A stretch of 64,000 bases of DNA from Gammaproteobacteria bacterium (GCA_965222155.1 CBDCTH010000012.1:2848001-2912000); one strand, 5' to 3'; numbered from the stretch's first letter, positions 40,895 through 52,039 are shown. Numbers and translations are program-made. Notes: generated by a model not told the origin, from the letters alone.

Positions 40895-41881
40895 TCAGTT
40901 GCCGGCCAAGGTAATGACGCCGACCTGGGCAAGCTGCTTCTGTGCAACCTTGGCAGGCAGGGGGATATAACCATCCTTTACGACCACTTCCTGTCCTGTC
41001 TTCGACATGATCATCTTGACAAATTCACGCTCCAGGGGAGGTAACGGCGTATTCGGCGACTTGTTGACGTAGACATACAGGAAGCGCGCCAGAGGATAGG
41101 TTCCCGCTATGGCATTGGACGGTGTCGCATTGGTGAAGCCGGCGCCTTCCTTACTCAATGGTACGGCGCGCACGCCGGAGGTCTTGTAACCGATGCCGGA
41201 ATAACCGATACCGTTGATCGACTTGGTCACCCCCTGCACAACGGAGGCCGAACCGGGCTGTTCATTGACATTATTCTTGTAATCTCCTTTGCACAGGGCC
41301 TGTTTCTTGAAATAACCATAGGTGCCGGATACCGAATTACGCCCGTATAACTGAACAGGTCGATTGCTCCAGGCCCCGGTCAGACCCAGTTGACCCCAGC
41401 GGGTAATGTCCCCGGGGTAACCGCATTTACGCGTGGCAGAGAAAATCGCATCGACCTGTGGAATTGTCATCCCCTCAATCGGATTATCCTTATGTACGTA
41501 AACCGCCAGGGCATCGATGGCCACTGCAACAGGAGTCGGCTTGTAACCGTACTTGGTCTCGAACCCGGCGATTTCTTTATTTTTCATCTTGCGGCTCATG
41601 GGACCGAAGTTGGAAGTCCCTTCCGTTAAAGCCGGCGGCGCGGTTGAAGAGCCGGCTGCCTGGATCTGCACATTGACGTTGGGATAGAGTCTTTTGAATT
41701 CTTCCGCCCACAGGGTCATCAGGTTTGCCAGCGTATCGGAACCTGCACTGATGATATTGCCTGATACGCCGCTGGACTTGCCATAATCCGGCAGGTCGTG
41801 GTCCAAATCAATCGCCATTACTGCAGCAGGCATCAACAGCGCGAGGATAACGGCTGCGCTGAACAGAGGTTTGTTTATCAT
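40895..41881 (-). CDS. pstS: Phosphate-binding periplasmic protein
   Basis: Signal peptide; [45 protein letters not shown]. Confidence 0.95.
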   Translation of the reverse strand: MINKPLFSAAVILALLMPAAVMAIDLDHDLPDYGKSSGVSGNIISAGSDTLANLMTLWAEEFKRLYPNVNVQIQAAGSSTAPPALTEGTSNFGPMSRKMKNKEIAGFETKYGYKPTPVAVAIDALAVYVHKDNPIEGMTIPQVDAIFSATRKCGYPGDITRWGQLGLTGAWSNRPVQLYGRNSVSGTYGYFKKQALCKGDYKNNVNEQPGSASVVQGVTKSINGIGYSGIGYKTSGVRAVPLSKEGAGFTNATPSNAIAGTYPLARFLYVYVNKSPNTPLPPLEREFVKMIMSKTGQEVVVKDGYIPLPAKVAQKQLAQVGVITLAGN

Positions 41882-41960
41882 GTTATTGTCTCCATGCAAG
41901 GTTGAATTTACGCTAACTTACAGATGTCAACAGTAGTGAACCACACGATTATTAAGGAAA

Positions 41961-41978
41961 TGTGACAGTGCATGAAAA
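41961..41978 (-). promoter_or_regulatory. Pho box upstream of pstS
   Basis: Minus-strand TTTTCATGCACTGTCACA, two half-sites 11 bp apart. Confidence 0.6.
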
Positions 41979-41995
41979 TAAACAACGATGTCTAA

Positions 41996-43294
41996 CTATT
42001 GTTTAACACGAATAATCCGATGACCGGGCAGAAGGCATTCTACCGTTGTCCCTGTGCCTGGTTCACTGCTTAGCCTCAGCTCGGCATCATGCTGGGCCAT
42101 GACGTGTTTGACAATGGCAAGTCCAAGCCCCGTTCCCCCCTTTTCCCTGGAACGCCCCTTATCGACCCGATAGAAACGCTCAGTCACGCGCTGGATATGT
42201 TCTGCCGGGATACCTACGCCGGAATCGGCGACTTCCAGGCAGGCACCTGTGTCGGTCCGATACCATTTTATCCGGATTTCCCCACCGGGAGGTGTGTATT
42301 GCACCGCGTTGAAGACAATATTGGAATAAGCGCTATAGAGACTGTCCTGGTCCCCTTTCACTATCAGGTCAGGCTGAAGCTCCAGGGAGAAAATATGATT
42401 CTGGGCGCCGCTTAAGGTCTGTGCCTCCTGGTGTATCAACCTGAGCAACTCTACCATATCCACTTCATTGTCCAGGTCGGCGGACGGTTTGCTCTCCAGC
42501 CTGGACAATTTAAGCAGATCTTCTATCAAATTCTGCATCCGCCCGGTCTGGCTTCGCATCTGTTTTATGCGCGGCCGCCATTCCCGCGTAAGATCATCCG
42601 TTTCATTGTCAATGGCTTCAAGATAACCGGATATCACTGTGAGTGGCGTCCTCAATTCATGCGAGGCATTGGCGATAAAATCCTTGCGCATACGATTGGT
42701 GCGCTGGATGTCCGTAACATTTCCTGCAACCAGCAACAGGGAAGACCCGGCATACCTGATAATCCTGATTTCCAGACTGATGTCTTCATCTACCGGGGAT
42801 GCGATAACAAGACTTTGGTGTGAATTGTGTTTGTCTACATCGGCCAGATAATTCAACAACTCGGGCTGCCTGATAAGATGGAAAAAACGCTGTCCCCGGT
42901 CCCTCGGACAGCGGATCCCCAGGTACTCGGAGGCTTTTTCATTAGACCATTCAACGTGGCCGAAATCATCCATGACGATGACGGCATCCGGCAGGGCCTC
43001 GGTTGCTTCTTCAAATCGAGACAGGAAACCGGCGAGTTTCTCTTCACGCTGTTTATGGTGGGTACGCAGGAAATCAATTTCCCTTATTATCTCATTTACG
43101 ACGCCGGGGGTGTCCGGCAGGTTTTGCTCACTGCCATTGCGCAGGATTTTGCTGATATTTTTCAGCATCCGGTATTGCCAGACCAGGCAAATAATTAATC
43201 CAAGTGAAAGTCCTGCAAAGACGCTGCCCGCAAGCAACCCCGCAAACCCGGAGAGGAGAACTACGAAACCCAGCCGTAACAGGTCAGGACGCAT
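41996..43294 (-). CDS. phoR: Phosphate regulon sensor kinase
   Basis: PAS region, DFIANASHELRTPLT, ERFYRVDKGRSR..GGTGLGLAIVKH. Confidence 0.95.
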   Translation of the reverse strand: MRPDLLRLGFVVLLSGFAGLLAGSVFAGLSLGLIICLVWQYRMLKNISKILRNGSEQNLPDTPGVVNEIIREIDFLRTHHKQREEKLAGFLSRFEEATEALPDAVIVMDDFGHVEWSNEKASEYLGIRCPRDRGQRFFHLIRQPELLNYLADVDKHNSHQSLVIASPVDEDISLEIRIIRYAGSSLLLVAGNVTDIQRTNRMRKDFIANASHELRTPLTVISGYLEAIDNETDDLTREWRPRIKQMRSQTGRMQNLIEDLLKLSRLESKPSADLDNEVDMVELLRLIHQEAQTLSGAQNHIFSLELQPDLIVKGDQDSLYSAYSNIVFNAVQYTPPGGEIRIKWYRTDTGACLEVADSGVGIPAEHIQRVTERFYRVDKGRSREKGGTGLGLAIVKHVMAQHDAELRLSSEPGTGTTVECLLPGHRIIRVKQ

Positions 43295-43306
43295 TGTTTG
43301 TCACAC

Positions 43307-43996
43307 TTAATTCCTGGTGGAGAAACGATAACCGACGCTGCGTACTGTTTGAATGTAATGATTATATTTGTACGGTTCCAGGGTCACGCGCAGCCGCCGT
43401 ATATGAACATCCACGGTGCGCTCTTCAACATAGACGTTCTGGCCCCAGACCTGATCCAGCAATTGACCGCGGGAATAAACCCTTTCCGGGTGGGTAATAA
43501 AAAAATGCAGTAGCCGAAATTCTGTGGGACTGATCTCTACTATTGCTTCGTCAATGGTGACCCTGAAAGTATCCGGATTCAACACAAGACCTCTGACAGA
43601 GATAATTCCGTCAGCGTCCTGGTTTTTTGTGCGCCGCATAACCGCCCGAATGCGCGCCAGTAGTTCTTTGGTTGAGAATGGCTTGGTTATGTAATCATCG
43701 GCCCCGGTGTCCAGTCCGCGCACCTTGTCTGTCTCTTCTCCCCGGGCAGTCAACATGATAATCGGGATATCCCTGGTGTCAGGGTTATTGCGGATGCGTC
43801 TGGCATAATCGACACCACTCATGCCGGGCAGCATCCAGTCCAACAGGACAAGATCAGGTTTTTCATCGGTAAGATACGGCCTGGCCTGTTCAACATTCGC
43901 GACTTCATGCAGCGTATAGCCTTCCTTCATGAGTGTATATCCCAGCATTTCCCTGATGGGGGCCTCATCCTCAACGAGGAGTATTTTGCCTTTCAT
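43307..43996 (-). CDS. phoB: Phosphate regulon response regulator
   Basis: ILLVEDE, LLDWMLPG, GADDYITKPFS, VEERTVDVHIRRLR, TVRSVGYRFS. Alternative start at 44020. Confidence 0.96.
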   Translation of the reverse strand: MKGKILLVEDEAPIREMLGYTLMKEGYTLHEVANVEQARPYLTDEKPDLVLLDWMLPGMSGVDYARRIRNNPDTRDIPIIMLTARGEETDKVRGLDTGADDYITKPFSTKELLARIRAVMRRTKNQDADGIISVRGLVLNPDTFRVTIDEAIVEISPTEFRLLHFFITHPERVYSRGQLLDQVWGQNVYVEERTVDVHIRRLRVTLEPYKYNHYIQTVRSVGYRFSTRN

Positions 43997-44041
43997 CAAA
44001 TTGGCTTCGCTGCTCAGCATGCGCTTATTAGACAGGCCTCA

Positions 44042-44060
44042 TGTTACATCCATATGACAA
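44042..44060 (-). promoter_or_regulatory. Pho box upstream of phoB (autoregulation)
   Basis: Minus-strand TTGTCATATGGATGTAACA with a TAATAA -10-like hexamer at 44025-44030. Confidence 0.7.
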
Positions 44061-44254
44061 AAAAGGAAAAATATAGCTGAAAATGTCAGGAAATGGGACG
44101 CGCTTTGACGTTCGGCCCGGACGATTTGACTGGTTTATATTTGCCGGTAAATCGATTCGTTTGAAATATCGGCTGACAGGCTGTCACCGATTATTCCCGG
44201 GGATAAGCCTGCCGGCACCCACACCCTCTTGAGAACGGCCTGCCTGTTGTGTAA

Positions 44255-45571
44255 CTACATAGTCAGGATGCTGAGCAGATTCTTGTAGTCTTCCTCGACC
44301 CTGTTGTCATTTTGGCGCAAATCGGCGACCTTTCTGTGAGCATGCAGTACAGTGGTATGATCGCGCCCGCCGAAAGCGTCACCTATCTCAGGAAGGCTGT
44401 GGTTGGTTAATTCCTTTGCCAGGGCCATGGCCACCTGCCTGGGGCGCGCAATGGATCGGCTCCTTCGTTTTGAAAGCAAATCCGCGACCTTGATTTTGTA
44501 ATACCCGGCGATAACCTTCTGAATGTTCTCCAGAGTAACCTGGCGTTCCTGCAACAGTAATAAATCGCGCAGCGCCAGTTGGCAGAACTCAATATCAATA
44601 GGCTGCCCGGTCAGGTTGGAATTGGCGATGACCCGATTCAAGGCGCCTTCCAGTTCGCGCACGTTCGAGACGAAGCGTTTGGCAATAAAAAAAGCCACGT
44701 TATCCGGGAGGTCAATTTTCGCGTTTTCCGCCTTGGACTTGACAATGGCAACCCGGGTCTCGTATTCCGGCGGTTCTATGGCAACGGTCAATCCGCTGCT
44801 GAAACGCGATCTCAGTCGGTCCTCGATGCCGTCAACCTCTTTCGGGTAGCGGTCGCAGGTCAGGACTATCTGGTTTTCCCCTTCCAGCAGTGTATTGAAC
44901 GTATAGAAAAACTCCTCCTGAGACCTGTCTTTACCGGCAAAAAACTGTATGTCATCAATAAGCAGCACATCCAATGTCCGGTAATTGCGCTTGAACTCGT
45001 CAATGGTATTGTGGCGCAGCGCTTTTACCATGTCGGCAACAAATCGTTCCGAGTGCAGATAGGCAACGTTCATCCCCGACCGTTCTTTCAGAATGGAATT
45101 GCCTATGGCGTGCATCAGGTGAGTTTTGCCAAGGCCGACGCCGCCGCACATGAATAAGGGATTGTACGCGCTACCGGGGTTTTCCGCGACCTGTATGGCC
45201 GCGGCCCGCGCGAGTTGATTCGACTTTCCCTCCACGAATGAGGAAAACCTGTAACTGCGGTTAAGGTTCTCCGGCAGATAGTTGCGATTGAGGACTGTCT
45301 CGTGTGTTTGGCGCGGCCGTCTGGCGCCGCCCTTCTGGCTGCCGACCTCAAGCGACAAGATCGGCTGTCGGCCTTGTTCCTGCGAATGCAGCAATTCTTC
45401 GATGCGCTGCAGGTATTTTTCATTGACCCAATCCAGGACAAACCGGTTCGGCGCGAACAGCCGCAATCTGTTCTTGTCCTCTATGGCCTGCAGCGGACGA
45501 ATCCAGGTGTTGAACTGTTCTGGAGGCAACTCTCCTGCAAGTCGTTCCATGCATGTTTTCCAGGCTGACAT
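44255..45571 (-). CDS. dnaA: Chromosomal replication initiator DnaA
   Basis: [52 protein letters not shown]. Confidence 0.98.
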   Translation of the reverse strand: MSAWKTCMERLAGELPPEQFNTWIRPLQAIEDKNRLRLFAPNRFVLDWVNEKYLQRIEELLHSQEQGRQPILSLEVGSQKGGARRPRQTHETVLNRNYLPENLNRSYRFSSFVEGKSNQLARAAAIQVAENPGSAYNPLFMCGGVGLGKTHLMHAIGNSILKERSGMNVAYLHSERFVADMVKALRHNTIDEFKRNYRTLDVLLIDDIQFFAGKDRSQEEFFYTFNTLLEGENQIVLTCDRYPKEVDGIEDRLRSRFSSGLTVAIEPPEYETRVAIVKSKAENAKIDLPDNVAFFIAKRFVSNVRELEGALNRVIANSNLTGQPIDIEFCQLALRDLLLLQERQVTLENIQKVIAGYYKIKVADLLSKRRSRSIARPRQVAMALAKELTNHSLPEIGDAFGGRDHTTVLHAHRKVADLRQNDNRVEEDYKNLLSILTM

Positions 45572-45758
45572 CTATGAAATTCGCACTCTCATCGGAATAA
45601 ATAATAAACAGGAATGAATCGCAAAGTGTATACTCCTTGAACAGAGTTATCCAATAGAAAATCCCCACGCCTGCCGGATACACACCTCACTCTCATTGAC
45701 AAGCAGGAAAACAAGAACGTAAAATGCCCACGATTATCGGAAATAATAAAAAACGCAA

Positions 45759-45893
45759 ATGAAACGTACATACCAGCCCAGCAATATCAAGCGAAAACGC
45801 CGTCACGGTTTCCGCGTTCGCATGCGCACCAAAGCCGGGCGGCAGATATTGAAGTCGCGCAGAGCCAAAGGCAGGAAGCGCTTGTCCGCCTAA
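45759..45893 (+). CDS. rpmH: 50S ribosomal protein L34
   Basis: Translated by hand: [44 protein letters not shown] (too short for the ORF track). Confidence 0.97.
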   Translation: MKRTYQPSNIKRKRRHGFRVRMRTKAGRQILKSRRAKGRKRLSA

Positions 45894-46153
45894 CCCGCAT
45901 ATCTTACCCGTTGATGCGATGATTGCGCCGGATTTTTTATGCCAGCGGGCGCCTGCGACCGAAAGCGTAGCGGGCACTACGGTTGAGGGACAAATTGTCA
46001 GGACAGACAATTTGCACGGCGACAGCCGCCCGCAGGGTTGCGCCCAGAGCCTGCCCCTGTATGGAGTTGAGCAGGGGGAGGGGCGCAATGAACACTGCCC
46101 ACTGGCGTAAAAAAGACAAGCGAGGGCGCATCAACGGGTGAGATATGCGGGTT
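45892..46153. mobile_element. MITE-like element with nested insertions, between rpmH and rnpA
   Basis: 27-bp inverted repeats AACCCGCATATCTTACCCGTTGATGCG / CGCATCAACGGGTGAGATATGCGGGTT; internal sequence shared with 46516-46679. Confidence 0.8.
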
Positions 46154-46158
46154 CATCC

Positions 46159-46518
46159 GTGTCACCTGAACGTCGCCGTCTCCAGCGAAAACACAGACTG
46201 AACAGCGCCGCGGATTTCAATAACGTTTTTAAAACATCCTGTCGCTCCCGGGATTCGCAGTTTATTATTCTGGCGCGCAGGAACGGCAGAACATATGCGC
46301 GGCTGGGTCTGGCAATTTCCAAGAAGGCGGTGAAAGCGGCGGTATCCAGAAACAAGGTTAAACGCACCATACGGGAAAGTTTCCGCAACCACGCGGATAT
46401 ATTGTCAGGACTTGACATAGTGGTGTTAGCGCAACGGCAGATAAAGTCACATGAAAGCAGGTTTATGAGCCAGTCTCTCAGAACACATTGGCAACGGATT
46501 ATGCAATGCGAACAGTAG
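46159..46518 (+). CDS. rnpA: Ribonuclease P protein component
   Basis: RL....[41 protein letters not shown] start at 46159. Confidence 0.95.
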   Translation: MSPERRRLQRKHRLNSAADFNNVFKTSCRSRDSQFIILARRNGRTYARLGLAISKKAVKAAVSRNKVKRTIRESFRNHADILSGLDIVVLAQRQIKSHESRFMSQSLRTHWQRIMQCEQ

Positions 46519-46877
46519 CCCGGATTTCTCACCAAGCGATGCGCCCTCGCTTGTCTTTTTCCCGCCAGCGGGCACGTGCTCCCTCAACCAGAGGCATAAC
46601 TATGCTTTCGGTCGCAGGCGCCCGCTGGCGGGAAAAATCCGGCGCAATCATCGCATCGCTTGGTGAGAAATCCGGGCTAATTACCGGCGCGATCCGCCTT
46701 TACCAACGCTTTGTCAGCCCTTTCCTGGGCGCGAACTGCCGATTTTACCCGTCTTGTTCCAGCTACGCCTGCGAAGCCATAGAAAAACATGGCGTGCTGC
46801 GCGGCGCCTGGCTGGGCGCCAGGCGCCTGTGCCGCTGCCACCCTTTTCATCCGGGCGGCATCGACCCCGTTCCCTAG
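46506..46877 (+). CDS. yidD: Membrane protein insertion efficiency factor YidD, with a 54-codon in-frame MITE insertion
   Basis: MRTV[54 aa][30 protein letters not shown]...[14 protein letters not shown]. Confidence 0.9.
   Translation: MRTVARISHQAMRPRLSFSRQRARAPSTRGITMLSVAGARWREKSGAIIASLGEKSGLITGAIRLYQRFVSPFLGANCRFYPSCSSYACEAIEKHGVLRGAWLGARRLCRCHPFHPGGIDPVP
46516..46679. mobile_element. MITE-like element at a TA target
   Basis: Perfect inverted repeats TAGCCCGGATTTCTCACCAAGCGATGCG / CGCATCGCTTGGTGAGAAATCCGGGCTA, TA at both ends. Confidence 0.85.
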
Positions 46878-46908
46878 CCCGTACATGGCGGCAGGCCGAT
46901 AACGATAC

Positions 46909-48552
46909 ATGGATACACAACGATTTATTCTCGTCCTGGCGCTGACGCTGGTATCCATCATGCTGTGGGAAGCCTGGCAGCGGGATTATGGCGCCGCGCC
47001 TGCCGGCGCGGCTGCGCCGGACGCACTCCAGCCCTTTGAAGACCCGGGGATTCCGCAGATAAAGCCGGACGACACGACAGCACGGCCTGTCCCCGGTGCT
47101 GAAGCGTCGCAGGGGACGGACGGCTCTGTGACTACGGTAGAGACGGACGTATTGCGCCTGAAAATCGACCGGGGCGGAACCATCGTGTTCGCCGAGTTGC
47201 CGGGTTACCCGATCTCACTGGATAACCCGGACCAGGCTTTTGTCCTGCTGAATAACTCTACCGGTTTGTACCATGTCATACAAAGCGGTATCGTCGGTGA
47301 AACAGCGCCGACCCACAAGGACGTGTTCTCATCGAGGCGGACATCCTACACTCTTAACGAAGGCGAGGACGTCCTGGAAGTACCGCTCACATGGAAATCG
47401 GCAGACGGCGTGTCGGTAACCAAGGTATTCACTTTCGCGCGCGGTTCTTACCGGATTCACCTCAAACACATCATTGAAAACGGGTCGGACACGGACTGGG
47501 AGGGTCGCCAGTATACCCAGATAAAACGGGATGATCCGTCTAAAGAAGGCAGGAAATTACTGTATACTTATACCGGCGCGGTGCTCTCCAGCCCGGATAA
47601 CCGTTATGAGAAGATCAGCTTCGATGATATGGAAGACGCGGAGGCGGACGAGGCTATCAGCAACGGCTGGGCGGCCATGATTCAGCATTATTTTTTAACG
47701 GCCATTCTCCCCGCCGACAAGCAGGCTGTGTACCGTTACTACACCCGCGCGTTTTCTTCCCAGTATTACTCAATCGGCAACGTCTCTCCGGCCCTGCGGC
47801 TTGCCCCGGGACAACAGGGTGAACTGGCCGACTATCTTTACGTCGGGCCCAAACAGCAATCCGAACTGGAACAACTGGCGGACGGCCTGGAACTGACTGT
47901 TGATTACGGCATCCTCTGGTTTCTGGCCAAACCGCTGTTCTGGTGCCTGGAGCGGCTGCACGGGTTGACGGGCAACTGGGGCTGGTCAATCATCCTGGTG
48001 ACGGTCCTGTTGAAGGTCCTGTTTTACCGCCTGTCCGCCGCCGGTTATCGATCCATGGCGAATATGCGCCGGGTACAACCTCGCATGGTGGCAATCCGCG
48101 CGCGCCACAAGGACGATCGCGCCCGTTTGAACCAGGCAATGATGCAGATTTACAAGGAGGAGAAAATCAACCCGTTCGGCGGCTGTTTCCCGATACTGGT
48201 TCAGATCCCCGTGTTTCTCGCCCTGTACTGGGTATTGCTGGAAAGCGTCGAATTGAGACAGGCGGATTTTATCTTCTGGTTGAATGACCTGTCCAGCAAG
48301 GACCCTTTTTACGTTCTACCGATCATCATGGGCGCGACCATGTTGATCCAGCAAAGGCTGAATCCCGCGCCGATGGATCCCATGCAGGAGAAAGTGATGA
48401 AAGCCCTGCCTTTCGTGTTCACGGTATTCTTCGCTTTTTTTCCTTCCGGACTGGTGCTGTACTGGGTCACCAACAACGTCTTATCCATTGCCCAGCAATG
48501 GCGTATCACGAAAAACCTGGAAAAAGAGGGCCTCTCTACTGCCAACAAGTGA
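46909..48552 (+). CDS. yidC: Membrane protein insertase YidC
   Basis: GWAAMIQHYF, YVGPK, VDYG.LWF, GNWGWSII, NPFGGCFPILVQIPVF, FPSGLVLYW. Confidence 0.97.
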   Translation: MDTQRFILVLALTLVSIMLWEAWQRDYGAAPAGAAAPDALQPFEDPGIPQIKPDDTTARPVPGAEASQGTDGSVTTVETDVLRLKIDRGGTIVFAELPGYPISLDNPDQAFVLLNNSTGLYHVIQSGIVGETAPTHKDVFSSRRTSYTLNEGEDVLEVPLTWKSADGVSVTKVFTFARGSYRIHLKHIIENGSDTDWEGRQYTQIKRDDPSKEGRKLLYTYTGAVLSSPDNRYEKISFDDMEDAEADEAISNGWAAMIQHYFLTAILPADKQAVYRYYTRAFSSQYYSIGNVSPALRLAPGQQGELADYLYVGPKQQSELEQLADGLELTVDYGILWFLAKPLFWCLERLHGLTGNWGWSIILVTVLLKVLFYRLSAAGYRSMANMRRVQPRMVAIRARHKDDRARLNQAMMQIYKEEKINPFGGCFPILVQIPVFLALYWVLLESVELRQADFIFWLNDLSSKDPFYVLPIIMGATMLIQQRLNPAPMDPMQEKVMKALPFVFTVFFAFFPSGLVLYWVTNNVLSIAQQWRITKNLEKEGLSTANK

Positions 48553-49927
48553 CGATCCAGTCCAGCTCCGGCCGCCGGAACACACGGATACCATCGCGGC
48601 CATCGCCACACCGCCCGGACAAGGCGGGGTCGGTATCGTGAAACTGTCCGGGCCGGACAGCAACAGGATCCTCACGACGATTTGCCGGGTTAACCCGGTA
48701 CCGCGCAAATGCCTGTACACGGCGTTTTATGATGCCCGGGGACAAGTTCTTGATCGCGGTATGGCGCTGTTTTTTCAAGGGCCCGACTCTCACACCGGCG
48801 AGGATATCGCCGAGTTGCACGGTCACGGTGGGCCGGTTGTGATGAACCTGCTGTTGCAACGCGTCCTGTCAGTGGGCGCCCGCTATGCGCGTCCCGGTGA
48901 ATTCAGCGAAAGAGCCTTCCTGAATAATAAAATCGATTTGCTGCAAGCCGAAGCCGTGGCGGACCTGATAAGCAGCGCCTCCGAACAGGCCGCGCAAAGC
49001 GCGCTCCGTTCCATGGAGGGATTGTTTTCTTCGTTGCTTGATGATCTCGTGGAAAAAGTGGTTGAGCTGCGCGTGTTTGTCGAGGCCATGCTGGATTTTC
49101 CCGAAGAGGAGATCGACGTCCTGATCGAGACGGAACTGCACACCAGGCTGGAGCAGTGCCGCCGCGGCCTGGCTGACGTCTGCTCCCGGGCAGAAACCGG
49201 CAAGATGCTGGCGGAGGGCTTGAAGATTGCGCTCATCGGCAAACCCAACGTCGGCAAATCCAGCCTGTTGAACTGTCTGGCTCAGGTTGAGCGCGCCATC
49301 GTTTCACCGCAGCCGGGTACCACGCGGGACACGGTAGAACAACAGATCCTGCTGGACGGCATACCGGTCAAGGTAATCGATACGGCGGGGATAAGAGAGG
49401 CCGGGAACCTGATAGAACAGGAAGGAATACGGCGCGCAAAATCCGCGCTTGAGCATGCCGACGCCGTCATCCTCATTGCCGACGTGAACCAAGACGATCT
49501 CCCGGACCTGCAAGCCATGGCAGCAGATTTCAGCACGGGAAAGAACCTGTTGTACGTCTTTAACAAAATCGACCTGTCAGGTCATAGCGCGGGTTCAACC
49601 CGGGGACCGGGTGGTGAACGGCAGGTTTATATCTCTGCAAAAACCGGCGCCGGGATAGCTGCTCTGAAGCAGGAAATCAAAACCAGCGTCATCGGCTCGG
49701 ACAGCTCGGAGAACACGTTTATTGCCCACACCCGCCATATCAATGCCCTCAGCGAAGCCGGGGCAATACTCGAACAGTCCACCCTGGAGTTCCAGCGGCG
49801 CCATGCCATTGAGCTGTTTGCCGAGGACCTGGCCAGACTGCAACAATGCCTGAGCGTGATAACCGGGGAATACGCGCCCGACGACTTGCTCGGCGAGATT
49901 TTTTCCCGCTTCTGTATTGGCAAGTAA
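48488..49927 (+). CDS. mnmE: tRNA modification GTPase MnmE (TrmE)
   Basis: DTIAAIATPPG.GGVGI, GKPNVGKSSLLN, GTTRD, DTAGIR, NKID, FSRFCIGK. Start uncertain (TTG 48488 or CTG 48539). Confidence 0.96.
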   Translation: MPSNGVSRKTWKKRASLLPTSDDPVQLRPPEHTDTIAAIATPPGQGGVGIVKLSGPDSNRILTTICRVNPVPRKCLYTAFYDARGQVLDRGMALFFQGPDSHTGEDIAELHGHGGPVVMNLLLQRVLSVGARYARPGEFSERAFLNNKIDLLQAEAVADLISSASEQAAQSALRSMEGLFSSLLDDLVEKVVELRVFVEAMLDFPEEEIDVLIETELHTRLEQCRRGLADVCSRAETGKMLAEGLKIALIGKPNVGKSSLLNCLAQVERAIVSPQPGTTRDTVEQQILLDGIPVKVIDTAGIREAGNLIEQEGIRRAKSALEHADAVILIADVNQDDLPDLQAMAADFSTGKNLLYVFNKIDLSGHSAGSTRGPGGERQVYISAKTGAGIAALKQEIKTSVIGSDSSENTFIAHTRHINALSEAGAILEQSTLEFQRRHAIELFAEDLARLQQCLSVITGEYAPDDLLGEIFSRFCIGK

Positions 49928-49975
49928 GCGGATTCGGGACATGACTCCAGGGCGCCATAGCTACAGGTTTAACAG

Positions 49976-50917
49976 GTGAGCGGGGAACACGGCAAGTTTC
50001 TATTTATTACACTGAGTAATATCGGCGATGCGCTGTTGACGACTCCGGTATTGCAGTTTTTGCATCACTTCGATCCAGCTGCGGCCATAGATATTGTCAG
50101 CGACAAACGTTCATCCATGTTGTTCCTGCACTGTCCCTACAGGGGGCGGATTTATCACAAACAAAAACAACTTTTTTTGCGCGGCGGCCCGGCACTTTTG
50201 TTTAAGTTACGCCGGCAACGCTACGATGTTATCGTCGATTTGCGCACGGACATCCTGGCGCGTCTGATCAGGGCTGAAAAACGGCTTATCAAGACAGCCG
50301 CAGGGAAGCACATTCATGCCGTCGAAAAACACTTCTCCGCCGTCTCAGAAATTGCCGGTGACGAGAAAATCCCGGCGACCGCCATGTGGCCGGGACAAGC
50401 AGACAGGGATTATGCCAGTGAGGTCTATGGCAGGCTGACCGGCGCCAAGTGGTTGTGTATAGGCCCGGGCGCGAACTGGGATAAAAAAATCTGGCCGGCG
50501 GATAAATACCTATTGCTGGCCCAGGCCCTCAGCAGCCAATTTGACTCGCTCGTGCTGCTCGGTAATGCCGCGGATAACCGGCACGCTGAGCGGATAGCCG
50601 GGCGCGTCCGGCTACCCTGTATCAACCTTTGCGGCCGGACCACATTGCTGCAGGCCGGCGCTATCATGGAAAAGATGACCTTGTTCATCGGCAACGACTC
50701 CGGCCTCGGCCACATAGCCAGCGCCGTGAATACCCCGTCTTTCACCCTGTTCGGTCCCGGTCACCCGGAACGCTACCACCCCTGGGGACCGCGCGCCGCC
50801 TGGTACGCCACCCCGGACCTGAATATCGATAGCATCCCCGTAGACCTTGTCGTGAAACTGGTCAGACAGCATCTGGCCAGTCTCTCCCGCACCGGCGCCA
50901 TTGCGCCAGGGTGTTAA
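49976..50917 (+). CDS. Glycosyltransferase family 9 (heptosyltransferase-like)
   Basis: SNIGDALLTTP, PGANW..K.WP, IGNDSGLGHIA, LFGP. Confidence 0.88.
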   Translation: MSGEHGKFLFITLSNIGDALLTTPVLQFLHHFDPAAAIDIVSDKRSSMLFLHCPYRGRIYHKQKQLFLRGGPALLFKLRRQRYDVIVDLRTDILARLIRAEKRLIKTAAGKHIHAVEKHFSAVSEIAGDEKIPATAMWPGQADRDYASEVYGRLTGAKWLCIGPGANWDKKIWPADKYLLLAQALSSQFDSLVLLGNAADNRHAERIAGRVRLPCINLCGRTTLLQAGAIMEKMTLFIGNDSGLGHIASAVNTPSFTLFGPGHPERYHPWGPRAAWYATPDLNIDSIPVDLVVKLVRQHLASLSRTGAIAPGC

Positions 50918-51088
50918 TGACTGCGGGAGCGGCTTTTTCGCCATGGCGCTGTTTTACTCCGGTTTCCGCTGTTTAATGTTAGAATTGCTGGCGGGTTTGT
51001 CAGACACTGGGGGAATGTACTGCAAAACCTGTCCGCGACACCCTCGCGTTGCGGTTTTAGTGAACAATATTTAAAGGAGAATTTCTAC

Positions 51089-52039
51089 ATGACAATGGCT
51101 GATCATGACGGTGTGATATGGTTCGACGGCAAGCTGGTTCCCTGGAAGGAGGCGAACATACACGTGCTTACCCACACCTTGCATTACGGCACAGGGGTGT
51201 TCGAGGGCATGCGCGCATACGCTACGCCGGACGGCGCCGCTATCTTCAGGCTGCATGAACACACGCAGCGGATGTTCCGTTCGGCACACATTCTGGGGAT
51301 GCACATACCCTACACTATTGACAAGATTAATGAGTCCTGTATTACGGTGGTGCGGGAGAACAATCTCACGGCGGCCTATATCCGGCCGATCTGTTTTTAC
51401 GGGTCCGAGGGAATGGGCTTGCGGGCGGACAACCTGCAGGTGCACGTGGCGGTTGCCGCCTGGGAATGGGGCGCTTACCTTGGAGATGACGGGCTGGAAA
51501 AGGGGATACGCATCAAGACGTCCTCTTTCACCCGGCACCACGTCAACATATCCATGTGCAAGGCCAAGGCGACCGGTCACTATATCAATTCCACACTTGC
51601 ATTGCATGAGGCGATCAGTTGTGGTTATGATGAGGCCCTGTTGCTGGACAACGAAGGTTACGTCGCCGAAGGCAGCGGCGAGAATATCTTTATCGTGCGG
51701 GACGGCGTGATCTATACGCCGGACCTGACTTCGGCCCTGGAAGGGGTGACCCGGGATACCATCATGGTGTTCGCCCGTGAACTGGGTATGGAAGTGCGCG
51801 AGAAACGCCTGACCCGGGACGAGGTGTATGTGGCTGATGAGGCGTTTTTCACCGGCACTGCGGCGGAGGTTACCCCGGTGGTGGAACTGGACAGGCGGGT
51901 AATCGGTACAGGCCGGCGCGGCCCGGTAACCAGGCAATTACAGACCCTGTTTTTCGACCAGGTTTCCGGCCGTCAGGGCCGGCATCCGGAGTGGTTGACC
52001 TATGTAACGGAAACCTGTGAGGTGGCGCAAGCAATATGA
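51089..52039 (+). CDS. ilvE: Branched-chain amino acid aminotransferase
   Basis: [47 protein letters not shown]. Confidence 0.96.
   Translation: MTMADHDGVIWFDGKLVPWKEANIHVLTHTLHYGTGVFEGMRAYATPDGAAIFRLHEHTQRMFRSAHILGMHIPYTIDKINESCITVVRENNLTAAYIRPICFYGSEGMGLRADNLQVHVAVAAWEWGAYLGDDGLEKGIRIKTSSFTRHHVNISMCKAKATGHYINSTLALHEAISCGYDEALLLDNEGYVAEGSGENIFIVRDGVIYTPDLTSALEGVTRDTIMVFARELGMEVREKRLTRDEVYVADEAFFTGTAAEVTPVVELDRRVIGTGRRGPVTRQLQTLFFDQVSGRQGRHPEWLTYVTETCEVAQAI

Noticed and set aside
44060-45750. oriC call around dnaA
   Set aside because: Only imperfect DnaA-box-like 9-mers; no clear box cluster or AT-rich unwinding element.
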